From: Octopus bimaculoides
Lineage: Eukaryota
Direction of reading: 5' to 3'
Length of the DNA: 64,000 bases
NCBI RefSeq assembly: GCF_001194135.2
Contig: NC_068983.1
Location: forward strand, 167,962,514-168,026,513
Shown here: piece by piece, positions 52,170 to 64,000 of the stretch
Numbering within the stretch: the stretch's first letter is position 1
Layout of the letters: each line of letters begins with the position of its first letter
Notes under the pieces: generated by a model
What the model saw: the letters and a program-made list of their open reading frames with translations, nothing else
Database searches by the model: none
Told to the model about the DNA's origin: nothing
Program-made: the position numbers and the translations under genes

Positions 52170-53370
52170 CCAGTTAAATTGCTTGGGGTCTGCAATGGTC
52201 CAGACCTCCAGGTGGAGAAGAACTGGAAGAAGGTGATGAGCAGGGTAGCTAATCTAACCCAGAAATGCAGAGAGAGGAAGCTGCCCCTGAAAACGTTGGG
52301 TGAAAGTGGCGAATGTGTGCATTGCTTCTACTACCGCCTGACCATCGTCCCTTGCTCTGCTTCATGGCTGGTGAAGCTGGAGCACTTACTTTTCTGTGGA
52401 AGGGATATGTTCAACTTGTCAAATAGTCCATCTGCTGTCAACAGCCACTGAGTGGAGGGCTGTGCATGCCTTGGCTAATGATGCACAGACACATGCTAAG
52501 GCTGCAACATCTCCAGCAGGTGTGGTCGCCATTTGTCACACAGGATTTTCCACAGCTTATTTCATTGATGGAGCTACACTCCTGGATCAAGCATAGAACC
52601 AGAAAAGGTCTGTTCTGGAGGACGTCCAAGATAACTTCCAGAAATCCCTAGCCTGGCAGTGCTACTGGAGAGCTCAACAGATATGGAAGTGTTGTTAGAT
52701 GGACCTGTCCAAGGTGAGTGCAAGGCAATGAAACCGTCCTGCATGCACTCATCCAGTATCCATGCATTACTGACTTGTGGAGCTTTGTCAAACAGCTGTT
52801 GTCAGGTGTAGGATGGATCCAGTTATCATCCAAGTCCATTATGACGATTGCCCCACCACCTTCCTTTGGCCAGGAAAGAAAGGCAGTTTTCCTCTGTCTG
52901 GTGGCTATGGTGAAAGAAGTAGTGTGGTGGACAAGATTGAAAGGACTTAAGACAGATACTTTCCTCTTCAGCCAAGCCCTCATTGACTTTTTCTTCAAGT
53001 TCCACTTGAAAAAGAAAGTGAGAGTAGAGAGCAAAGTTCTGTCCCCCAGTAAATTTGTTGAAAGGTGGTTGAATGTGACAAGGGTGGCCCATGTGAATGG
53101 GCCTACCCTGAACTTCTGTCAGTAAACCAGAGGAGTTCAGGAGAGAGGTGTTTACTGAGGTGCATCTGGTGGACAGGATAACCAGAATGGGTAGAGTTCC
53201 TCACTTGTTCCTATGGAGAACTCACCACTTTTGGGGAATTTTATTGTTTGTGTTGTTAATTGTCATTGTTATTTTGTTTACTCGATTTTTGTGTCAAACC
53301 CCATGTGTCCCTAGTTTTGTATTGTCCCTATTTGTTTTGTTTGGCCCTTGTGGCCAATAAAGAAATGACT
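52170..53370 (+). mobile_element. L1/Tx1-clade LINE 3' fragment (ORF2 C-terminus plus 3' UTR, ATT tail)
   Basis: KLLGVCNGPDLQVEKNW, YYRLTIVPC, GGLCMPWLMMHRH, ETVLHALIQ and KEVVWWTRLKGLKT...FHLKKKVRVE are typical of a Tx1-type ORF2 C-terminal/zf-RVT region. AATAAA precedes the tail. Confidence 0.8.
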
Positions 53371-53371
53371 A

Positions 53372-53402
<31 letters not shown>

Positions 53403-55464
53403 GGCAACGAACTGGCAGACTCATTACTGGGCTGGGCAAAATGCTTACTGGCATTTCATCCAGCTTTATACTCTGAATTCAAATTCTGCCTTTCATCCTT
53501 TTGGAGTTGATAAAAATAAATACCAGTTGCTTTCTCCTCCTCCTCCTGCCATAAAACATTAGCAAGCCTCCTATTCATGACTTTTCTCCACATTATGTAA
53601 ACTTACTGTCTAGCCTCTAGGTAAAATTCTCTGCTACCTTAGATTGTATCCTGTCTAAACAGTAGTTATCAATTATCATCAATTACTACTTAACAGGGCT
53701 TTTATTCCATCCACAAAACGGATATCTCAACTAAGCTACTCTACAAATATGTCCAACTAGCTTCTTCCCTACTACAACCTTCTGTGTCTATATAAGACCT
53801 TAGTAATGCTTTGCAGAAGAAAGTTAACCAACAGAAGCAACTGTCCATGAACTTGTTTCACTATTTACTACTCTTTTTCCATACTTCCATAGCTTGAACT
53901 AAGCTAACTAAAGAAACCTTCAAATTATAGGGAAACATTGTGTTTTCAGCCATCATCTCCTACCAGTCAGTCATTCAATTTGCAGATGGATTTTGTAAAT
54001 TGTATTAGAAGTGACAACATTTTAATTAAATCACAAAACACCCAACATCTAATATTTGTCTCATTATTTATTAAACCTTATTCATATTGTTAATGTATCC
54101 ACACTGTTGTTTCTTGGTATTAACATAATTCCCTACAACAATTATGATAGTCTGCTTTTTCGTGGGGTAGTCATCAATGGAACCACATAGAGCTGGTATA
54201 TTTGTTCAGTCAGCTAATCCATTTCCTAAGCCTTCTTATAACTATTCAGGGCATTACATTCCCTAACTCTCACTCATGCCTACCACTGTAGAAATGGAGT
54301 AGTTACGTAAATGAAACTGATTCGGAATGGATAGATTTGTTGAGCAAGTTAATCTATTTCATAAGTCTTTCATAATAAACATTTTGTTCTCTAACATTTA
54401 CACAAGTCTGCTTGTGCACAGATGAAATAATCATATTAATTAAACTAATTTAGAAAAATAAAAACCATGTTTAACTTTATTTTAATGTTGAACTTTAAAC
54501 TGTACTTGTTTTAGTCATTGAACTGTAACCATGCTGGATCTTGAAGAGTTTTAGTTGGAAAAATCAATCCCAATACTTATTTCTTAAGTCTGGTCCTTCA
54601 TCAGTCTTTTTTGCTGAACCACAAAGTTTCGCAGACGTAAAAAAACAACACTGGCTGTGAAGCAGTAGGGGGACAAACACACACACACACCCACAGGCTT
54701 CCACATAGTTACCATCTACCAAATTCACTGACAAGGCATTGGTTGGTACTGGACTATAGAAGACACTTGCTCAGATGCTATGCAGTATAACCAAACCCAA
54801 AACCATGAAGTTATGAAGTAGACTTTTAGCCATACAGACATCTAATTAAGGAAATTTAATGAAAATTTACTGTAGTTACTAACTCAAACATCAGAGATAT
54901 TGCCTGCTTCAAACTCTACCATTTACTGATAGTGTCCCCTATAACACCAGTTCTCTTTGAAATGAATAAACATATTAGTTATATTTGGTTTACTAAAATT
55001 AGATGAATTGAGGCTGTAAAATAACAGAGTTGTTGCAGCATCAGACAGAATGCTTTACATTACTCATTCCAATTCCCAGCACTCTGAGTTCAAATTTTAC
55101 AATGGACAAATTTGACTTTTGTTCTTCCACGGTTGATAGAAAAGTACCAATCTAAGGAGATGCATTGGTGGAACTGTAAGAATGTTAGACCAAACGTCTT
55201 GTGGTATATGTTCCAGCTGTTTTTGTTCTAAGTTCAAATCCCATCATGACCTCTTTAGGTGGTAGAGTTTAACACCACCATCTTGGCACCATAGTTGTCT
55301 CCAGCAGAGTCCACTCTGTTGCAAGCATTTGAGTCAGGCTTCATGTTTGAGGGTAATTCTCTCTCCACCCACTCATCCCAACCGGTCTCAAAGGCTCTGT
55401 AGAAGGTCATGAGAATTTCCCTTTCATTCTTCCATATCAAAAGATAAAAATCATTATTATTTAA

Positions 55465-55676
55465 CCTGCTTCATTAACATCTTTCTATTGAAATACCCTG
55501 CTTTTGTATCAATTTTAAAAATAATGAAGAATATAGTAAAATGACTGTCATTATTAAGCTGGCGTTTGGAACAGAAATTCATGTGAAATTTTGAAGGTTT
55601 TAATTTAGATCACTTCCAAACAGGAAGTTGTGTGATAGAACCTGAGGAAATCTCAGGCAGGTTGGTATCAAATGAG
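55465..55676. mobile_element. Second TTAA-ended MITE-like family (related copy at about 63420-63650)
   Basis: Shared body aaaataatgaag.at.tagtaaaat.actg.cattattaagct and right end ggtatcaaa.gagtta(a/c). Confidence 0.5.
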
Positions 55677-57309
55677 TTAAACATATTATAACGATGAATA
55701 AATAAATGATGCTATCAGTGTTAATTTCCATCAAGTCTCAAAAAGAAGGCTATATGAATGTGATATTTCATTGGTATTTATATAAATGATTATTTCAAAA
55801 ATTCAGCTAGATACAAATCAAATGCATTAAAAAATTACTGTACTCAAGAATGAACAACCGGTATAATATCTTGTAAGTTGGTCCCAAGAAATTTGGAGAA
55901 TGTTACTGGTATTATAGGTTTGAGTTTAATCTGGTCAGTTTCAGCAATTAATTCATTGTAAAGGAAAAATGAATAAATAAAAAAACTAAAACTATTGAGG
56001 TCTCTGAGGGATAGTGTAGAATGAAGGTTGATATTTTAGGAAAAATGTTTCCAAAATTAGCACATTCATTTTTTTTTTTTTTTCATTCATTAAAAACTAT
56101 TTTTAAAATATTTCAAAAAAGAATACTACACATAACCAGAGAAATTTGTTATTTATCATCATAATTACTGTCCACTTTCCACACTGGCATAGGTTGGAAT
56201 AGTATGACAGGATCCAACAAACCAGAGGACCATGTTTTATTCCAAATGTTTTACTCCAATGCCTTGTTTGTTTGGATGGTTTGGACAGTTTGACAGGATT
56301 AAATGATTCTGAGGAAGAAGTCTTTTTTTAATGTTTCAGCTTTGACTTGGTTTCTACAACTGGATGTTCTTCCTGACACCATTCATATTACAAAGTGTAC
56401 TGGACACATTTTTCACGGCACCAACACTATAGAAGATGTCTTACGATTTAGCAAGACTAAAATGCCCTCTCAAGCTCTGTGTTACTGCTGTTTGGATTGA
56501 TTACCAATCACTTAGAGTGTACGGGGAGCTTTTTGTGGCACCAGCACTGATGGGGTTTCTTTGTAGCTCAGAAAGCAAAAGATGGCACCCCATTATGGAA
56601 AGGAAAAATTTACTGTGAGAGGATGATAATGGAAAGAATAATGTTGAGATGGGAGTATAAGAGACTGAGGAGAAGGGAAGAACAATGTCAGGTTAGTGTG
56701 AAGGAGAGGGAAAGGGGACAACGTAATCATGGTAATGGGGTAAGTTGAGTAGGTAGACTCAGTAATGGCACGAGTCAGTCCAACTGCCATACCAACATGG
56801 GTAGATGGTTTGTTAGAGTCAGTGAGAGAGGATGAAACACAGAGGGGAGGGTTGAGAAGGAGGCAGTGAAGTGTAACCTCACATTATACATGAATGGATA
56901 AAGTGGTTTAACCAAATTAAAATGATGAACGAAAAGAACTAGTTAATGATGTTTAACATTTTAAAATACCACAAACTGTCCTCATTAGGATATGAAATTC
57001 AACCAGACATACAAAAGCAGAAATAGACAGATGAATAGCAAAATGAATAACAGTTTGAAAATAACTAAATTCTTTTATACCTTATATTTTCGTTTTCAAA
57101 TCATTGTATTTTATTTGTTAACTATCTATTTACACATCAACTGATGGATGGCCATATAAAAGGAATATATTGTCAAACTTTGGGTCAATAAAACTACTGT
57201 TTCTGTGAGTTGTTTGTATTTGTATGAACTTTGTAAATGAATAATGACAAGTGTCCACATTTTCTTTGTAAGAAAGAAACAATTTGTTGTTCTTGACACC
57301 AACTTTCCT

Positions 57310-57480
57310 GCTTTATAGTAGAGTGGTTAAGAAGTTTGGTTCCCAACTACATTATTTTGGGTTCAGTCCCATTGTGTGGTATCTTGGTCAAGTGTCTTTT
57401 ATTGCCCTGGATGGCCAAAGCTTTGTGAGTGAATTTGGTACACAGAAACTAGAAGCTCACCAGATGTGTGTATGTCTGTA
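57310..57480 (+). mobile_element. tRNA-type SINE, family B (gtggttaagaag.ttg.ttcc...gggttcagtccc head, ending in TG/TA microsatellite)
   Basis: Other copies at about 2660(-), 5570(-), 8855(-), 20770(+), 22555(-), 23910(-), 25318(-), 26070(-), 32115(-), 44300(-), 47490(+) and 54695(-). Confidence 0.8.
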
Positions 57481-58499
57481 TGTTTACATCATCTTGACTT
57501 GAAATCACACGTTAATTACAAATGAACTTTGTCGTAATGCAAGTGGTGTCATTCATTTCCAATATTCTGTGAAAACATCTGGCTGTGGAGAAGTATTATC
57601 TTGCTTGGAAACAGGTGAGAGTTGGTGACAGGAAGGACATCTGGCTATAGAAAATCTGCCTCAATAAACTCCATCCACCTCATGAAAGCATGGAAAAGGT
57701 GGATGTAAAAACAATGATGAAGTGTTTTACATGCAGCTATTTTTTTAACAAAATTTTTTAAACAGATAAAGGTGATTTCTGTAACCTTAAATCCAAGATA
57801 TACCTCAATAAATATGGCATGAATTAAATCCCCAATTTAAATAAGACAATACATATCATTTAACATTTACTTTTTCATGCTTGCATTTGTTGGGGCTAAT
57901 TTTTCTACAAACTGATGCTTTTTCTACAAACAGTAGCAATTGACATTACTACCATTTTAACCTCAGGAAGGCACTTCCTCCAGCTGGTTATTTGATGGAA
58001 GGAAGAAAGGCAAAGTAAACTATAACAGGATTTAAACTAAGAATGCAAAAGGATGTAGCTAAATTCTGGTGCTACAAGAACTAACTTCAATTCTTATTTG
58101 AGCTTTATTTATATACTTGGAAACATGTTCATTCTTTTCTCTGTGGTAATTATTTCTATTGGCTTGGTCTATTTTTTCATTGCTAAATTCACTGTTGTTT
58201 ATCTGTATATCATTTTTCAGATCCTGTTTGCTGGAAATTGTTTTTACTAAAACTGTATATCACTTTCCATTTGACAATTCAGTAGTCATAAGTCCCTACT
58301 TCTTGATTGTGTAATCATATCCTGTTTTTCCAAGCCGTGTCCTGTTTTGCTAGAATTCTTTATTTGCTAATTTATTTACTAATAGCTGTCCAGTATCTAC
58401 CTGTTGATTACACCATTCTCTGCGCCACTTTTTACACAAATGATGAAGGGATATATATGTGTGTGTGTGTGTGTGCAAGTGTGTACACATATATACATA

Positions 58500-60200
58500 T
58501 CATTATTATTTAACTTCTGCTTTCCATGCTGGCCTGGGCTGGATGGTTTGACTTAGGACTGGCAAGCCAGGAGGCTGCTCCAGGCTCCAATCTGATCTTG
58601 CAAGATTTCTTCAGCTGGATGTCCTTCCAAACACCAACCACTTAAAGTGAAGTGGGTGCTTTTTATGTGCCACCCACATGGGAGCCAGTCAGGCAGGACT
58701 GGCATCAAGGATGCTCGGATGGTCCTTTTTATGTGCTACCAGCACAGGTGCCAGTCAGGCGGCACTGGCATTGGCCATGACTATGATTTCACTTGACTCA
58801 ACAGGTCTTCTCAAGCACAGAATATTGCCTGGTGATTAAAGGGTACTTTTAAATGGGCCAGTTATGCAACACTGGCATCAGCCACAGTTACATTCTCCCT
58901 TGACTTGCCAGGCCTTCTCAATCACAGCATACCTCCAAAGTTCTCGGTCACTTGTCATTGCCTCTAAAAAGCCCAACATCCAAAAGTCAAGCTTGACCAC
59001 CTCATTCCATGTCTTCCTGGGTCTACCTCTTCCACAAGTTTCTTCAACGATTAGGGTGTGACACTTCACACAGCTGTCCTCATCCATACATAACACATGA
59101 CCACACCAGTGCAGTCATCTCTCTGATGCTTCTTAGTCCAACTTTTCTCTTAAGATGCTCACACTCTGTCATCGATGCACACTGACACTACACACATCCA
59201 GTGAATCATACTAGTTTCATTTCTTTCAAGCCTACGCATGTCTTCAGCAGTCATGGTCCATGTTTTACTGCCATGTAGCATGACAGTTCACACACATGCA
59301 TCATACAGTCTACCTTACATTCTGAGCGAGAGGCCCTTTGTCACCAGAAGAGGTAGAACCTTTCTGAACTTTACCCAAGCTATTCTTATTCTAGTGGCAA
59401 AGCTGTAAGAGCATCCACCCCCGCTACTGACTTGGTCACCTGGGTAACAGAAGCTATCAACTATTTCTAGTTTCTCTCCCTGGCATGTGATGGAATCTGT
59501 TTTCTGTACATCTTCGGTGTTTATTGCCCCTGTGCATCTACCACACACAAAAACTATCTTCCTGGTTAACCTTCATCTGATATTGCTGCACCTCTTATGT
59601 GTCCATAGCTTACACTGAGTACATCTTATGGAGTTTCTACCTATGTCTTTTCTACAGATCGAGCAGGCCCATCTACCTGAAGGGGTTTGTGATGTGTTCG
59701 CCTTCCTACTTACCAGGACTTTGGTTTTTGCTAGATTAACTCGGAGGCTCTTCGATTCTAGACCTTGCTTCCACACCCGAAACTTCATTTCTGGTTCTGG
59801 TAGTAACTCAGCAATTAGAGCAAGGTCGTCAGCATAGAGGAACTCCCAGGGGCAGCTTGTCATGAATTCCTCTGTTATTGCCTGGAAGACTCTGATAAGA
59901 GAGGACTGAGGTTTATCCATGGTGAACTTGTACTTCTACCCGGAATTCTTCATTATACTCGTTGCCAACCCTCACCTTACTGACAGCATTCCTGTACAGC
60001 TCTTACCAACCACTTGTCTATCCCTTTTTTACTACATTGATCACCAGATAAGTGATCAGGGGGCTCTGTCAAAGGCTTTCTCCAAGTCAAAAGCCAAACA
60101 CAGAGGTTTATATTTGGTTAGGTATTTCTCCTGCAGTTGCCTTACCAGAAATATAGCATCAGGCACAAAACCAAACTGCAACTTCAAACGTAGTAAACAT
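58500..60200 (-). mobile_element. 5'-truncated RTE-clade LINE with 3' UTR and (GAT/AAT) tail
   Basis: CPWEFLYADDLALIAE, CSICRKDIGRNSIRCTQCKLWTHKRCS, ATRIRIAWVKFR and GRGRPRKTWNEVV. Confidence 0.92.
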
Positions 60201-60494
60201 CTGATGACTCAATAGCAATAGAGACACAATGATGCCAACAGCAATGGGTTGGAAAAACAAATGGACCCATGAGAAAGAATGACAATTTAGAGACATCAGT
60301 ATGGAGACCACTTCCCCTGCAAAATTCATTGTCACTGACTTCAAATATAAATTAATAATTTATTTACACAAGAACAACTTTAGGAAAATGGGATATTCTT
60401 GCATATACTAGATTCTGTTATATTATTACATTGTGCTAGTATATACTAACTTTGAGCATACTATGCTCTCTAGCATTAGATAATATATTAACAT

Positions 60495-60720
60495 TTAGGG
60501 CAGCGAGCTAGCAGAATCTTTAGCATGCAGGGTGGAATACTTAGAGGTATTTCTTCTGCCGAGTTCAAATTCTGCCGAGGTCGACTTTGTCTTTCATCTT
60601 TTTGGGTTGATTAAATAAGTACCAGTTATGCACTGGGGTTGATGTAATCGACTTAGTCCCTTTGTCTGTCCTTGTTTGTCCCCTCTATGCTTAGACCCCT
60701 GTGAGCAATAAAGAAATATA
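60495..60720 (+). mobile_element. Family A SINE with Tx1-like tail (...gacccctgtgagcaataaagaaat)
   Basis: Full head ggcagcgagctagcagaatc, core, and a tail similar to 53306-53366. Confidence 0.8.
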
Positions 60721-61267
60721 TCAACGTGTGTGTGTGTGTGTGGATGGATGTATATATGTGATATTTACAATATGATTAGATTCATGAGAGCTACCAGTGA
60801 TCAGATCAATACAGTATTCATCAACTAGTCTAAGATGAGCTCACATTAAAGCCCTATGTGCAAGAAATAGCAGCTAAATCTTCATACAACATGCTTTCTT
60901 AAAAAGCAGATGGATACATTTCATAATGTTGTCCTAGGTACATTATATATGAAAAACAAAAGCATGGAAAGGTGATGGCTAAAATGACAGATCAATCTTA
61001 TTCTATGATCAAGGACTCCATTGATTATAAATGCTAAAGTCACTCACTGCTGCGTTGCATCTATGGTCAAATTATTTCAAACAGACCAGTTTAGCAAAAT
61101 AGAAATAGGCAATAAAGAATAAAAGGAGCCTCTGCTGTAAGCAGTAGGAACACTGTAAAACTGATGATTGTTTCACTGACATACAGTACTGAGTTCTGTT
61201 CCTACCTTAAATATAGCCTGAAGATAAATTGGATCAATCTCACCTATTTACCAATATGGTTACTCAC

Positions 61268-61315
61268 CCATTAATATAAACTTATGACAATGGCTTATCT
61301 GATGAGACCCATTAT
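61268..61315 (-). CDS. DENND5: Candidate 48-nt phase 1/1 small cassette exon of DENND5
   Basis: Acceptor gaattatattttctgtag|AT and donor TGG|gtgagt. Length is divisible by 3. Only the DENND5-compatible frame is stop-free: (D)NGSHQISHCHKFILM. It lies in non-repetitive sequence. No homology recognised. Confidence 0.4.
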
Positions 61316-62203
61316 CTACAGAAAATATAATTCATTAAACCACGCACCCAGCTACTATCCACTGACTAGATTAAGAATAAACGAAGGATTTAAATGTAGT
61401 TGCAGATTGAGATGTGCCTGTGCAAGTTTTGCACATGGGACTTGAAGGAGTCGAGAGAACGTGATAGTGGTTCTGTTAAAAGGTTGATAAAATAAAGTAG
61501 CCTCTGTCAAGTACTGTAATCATTATATTCAATTAATTAATTGCCTCAAACTGAGACCTGGCACTTATATTAGATATTAATACTAGTGCCCAGTGGTTAT
61601 TTAGGATGTTTTCAATTAGATTCTTAATGAATACAATATACAACTCTTGGGACACAATTCACACGTAAAAATCTGTTTGAGAGTAATGTACAAAGAATTA
61701 AATAGTGTTCTGCATACATGAACCCTCATACATTAGAGAAGACAAAAGATGTTAGAATGTTGACATAAATAAAAGAAGAAAAAAAAGAATATAATTTATC
61801 AATACTGGTTTCAAATTTTGGCACAAGGTCAACAAGTTTGGGGGAGATGGGTAAGTCAATTACATGATGAAAAGCAAAGTCAACTTCAGCAGAATTTGAA
61901 CTCAGAACAAAGACAGACAAAAGGCTGCTAATGATTCTAACCTATCAATATTAATAAATGTAAAGTGGAAAGTTGGCAGAATTATTAGCATGCCAGGCAA
62001 AATGATTGGCAACATTTGTCCGTCTTTAAACTCAGAGTTAAAATTCTGCTGAGGTTGACTTTGCCTTTTGTCCTTTCAGGGGTCAATAAAATAAGTGTCA
62101 GTTAAACACTGGGGTCAATGTAATCAACTTAGCCCTCCCCTGAAATTGCTGGCTTTGTGCAAAAATTAATTAAAAATATAAGAATTTCTAATGTAGATAA
62201 ACA

Positions 62204-62235
<32 letters not shown>

Positions 62236-63663
62236 AAACATAATGGTGTTCAATTGTCTTGGAAAATAGTTTAAAAATTCAACCAAAGATTCCTCTGAAA
62301 CTTTTCAGGCAAGGCACCACCAACAACATGGATCTATATCATCTCTGAAGATAGTGTACAAAACAAAGCTGTTACCATGACAACATAAAAGATCTAAAAC
62401 AATGAAGAAAGCTACATTTTATAATCTAAATAGATTTCTATGACAAGTAGATCATCTTCCCTGTAAAGAGTTAATCCAGTTTAATCCTTCACCAAACCTA
62501 TTTCTCTTCCTCTCATACCACACGATTAGTTTTGAGCAAATGATGTAACATTTTTGTAATTTATACTAGATATAGGGTCAAATTTCCTACTACATAAGGA
62601 TCCAAGGTCAATAACTTCTGTAACTGAAAAAGCTGGAATCTCAAACAACAACTTAGACAATGAAATAGTTTCTTAAACAGAATACCTTTCCCAAAACAAT
62701 TACACACACACACATATAGGCATACATACATATGTACATAGATAAAGACATACATGTAAACACATACTGTATACATACAGAAATACATATATACATATAC
62801 ACATCATCATTTAATGCCTCTTCTTTATTCTGGCATGGGTTAGAGTAAGTGAGAGAAGTTGGACAGAAATTTAAATAAAATTTTCACAAATAAGTTACTG
62901 TTTACTTGGCAACACGACTGGCCTCGAAGCAATGGTGTTGTCTTACATGTTAAGATGTTAAGTAGACAGAAGCAGATGATGACAATAATAATCCGTTCTA
63001 CTAAAGGCACAAGGCCTGAAATCTGGGGAGAGAGGGTAAGTTGATCACATCAACCCCAGTACTTGACTGGTATTGAATTCATTGACCCCAGAAGGATGAA
63101 AGGCAAAGCCAACCTCGGCGGAATTTGAACCCCAGAACGTGAAGACAGATGAAATACCACCAAGCATTTTGCCCAGCATGCTAACAATTCTGCCAGCTCA
63201 CCGCCATGATAATAATAATAATAATAATAATAATATACTCAGCTCACAGATGCAATACAGAGAAGAATGCATCTACTTCTCATTAATCTGGCAAAAGAAT
63301 TTTTTTTTTTTTTGTAAATACTAATAGTTCTCTCAGATCATTCTAAGGAAAAAAAATGTCTTAATTCCCAAATAACAAAAAATGCAAAGAAAAACAACTG
63401 TATCTCTGCACAGCCTTCAAAATCTCTTCTGTTGCCATATTCGTGTTGAAATACACAGCCTGTTTCAATTAATTTTTAAAAATAATGAAGTATTTAGTAA
63501 AATAACTGCCATTATTAAGCTAGGGTTTGGAACATAAATTAACATGGATACTTAATGGAAGGTTTTTTTTTTTTAAATCACTTTAAACTAGGAAGATTGT
63601 GTCATAGAATCGGGGGAGGTCTCAGGTTGGTAGGTATCAAAAGAGTTACCTCTTCAAAAAATA

Positions 63664-64000
63664 AGAGGCATCAAGCTGTTAGATCAGGTTATGAAAGTTA
63701 CAGAGAGGGTCATAGCCCAACTAATTAGGGAGCGAATCAATTTAGATGAGATGCAGTTTGGGTTCGTGCCAGGTAAAAGCACTACTGATGCCTTATTTCT
63801 AGTGAGACAGTTGCAGGAGAAATACCTAGCTAACGATAAACCTCTGTACCTGGCTTTCGTTGACATGGAGAAAGCCTTTGACAGGGTCCCCCAATCCCTT
63901 ATCTGGTGGTCAATGAGGAAACTTGGGATAGAAGAATGGTTAGTGAGAGCTGTGCGAGCCATGTACAGAGATGCTGCCAGTAAGGTGAGGGTTGGAAATG
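63664..64000 (+). mobile_element. RTE-clade LINE RT region, open frame running off the window
   Basis: RGIKLLDQVMKVTERVIAQLIRERINLDEMQFGFVPGKSTTDALFLVRQLQEKY...LAFVDMEKAFDRVP...WLVRAVRAMY, with no stops. Confidence 0.95.

Noticed and set aside
57310-57380. tRNA-like A/B box sequences here and at other SINE heads
   Set aside because: Decayed SINE heads without a complete cloverleaf; not tRNA genes.
61290-61340. CTGATGA...GAAA on the plus strand resembling a hammerhead
   Set aside because: Stems I and II do not pair. The sequence is better explained as the antisense of the 48-nt candidate exon.

Overview
AT-rich, repeat-saturated eukaryotic DNA from a gapped draft assembly. The SINE and LINE families look like those of an octopus or other coleoid cephalopod; this is inference from remembered family sequences. 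The window lies almost entirely within very large introns of a minus-strand DENND5 (Rab6IP1/pinstripe) gene. One clear coding exon is at 14080-14189. Two further in-frame phase 1/1 candidate cassette exons are at 36968-37042 (75 nt) and 61268-61315 (48 nt). The first coding exon and the exon after 14080 were not found in the window. The rest is decayed mobile DNA: RTE, CR1, R4/Dong, Tx1/L1 and Jockey/I-like LINE fragments; hAT, mariner, MULE and Helitron remnants; piggyBac-like MITEs; many tRNA-type SINEs; and microsatellites. Nearly all ORFs in the supplied track are artefacts of repeats, N gaps or antisense frames. The most interesting signals are RNA-structural. (1) There is a dispersed set of type I hammerhead ribozyme motifs (9628, 28079, 47972), all antisense to the host gene, and the only sense-strand copy (10771) has a broken core. 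(2) A 226-bp, 96% identical inverted repeat brackets the DENND5 exon, and most of its mismatches become G-U wobbles in the sense pre-mRNA. (3) There is a 270-bp near-perfect palindrome at 46506. (4) A SINE shares its 3' tail with a Tx1/L1 element.
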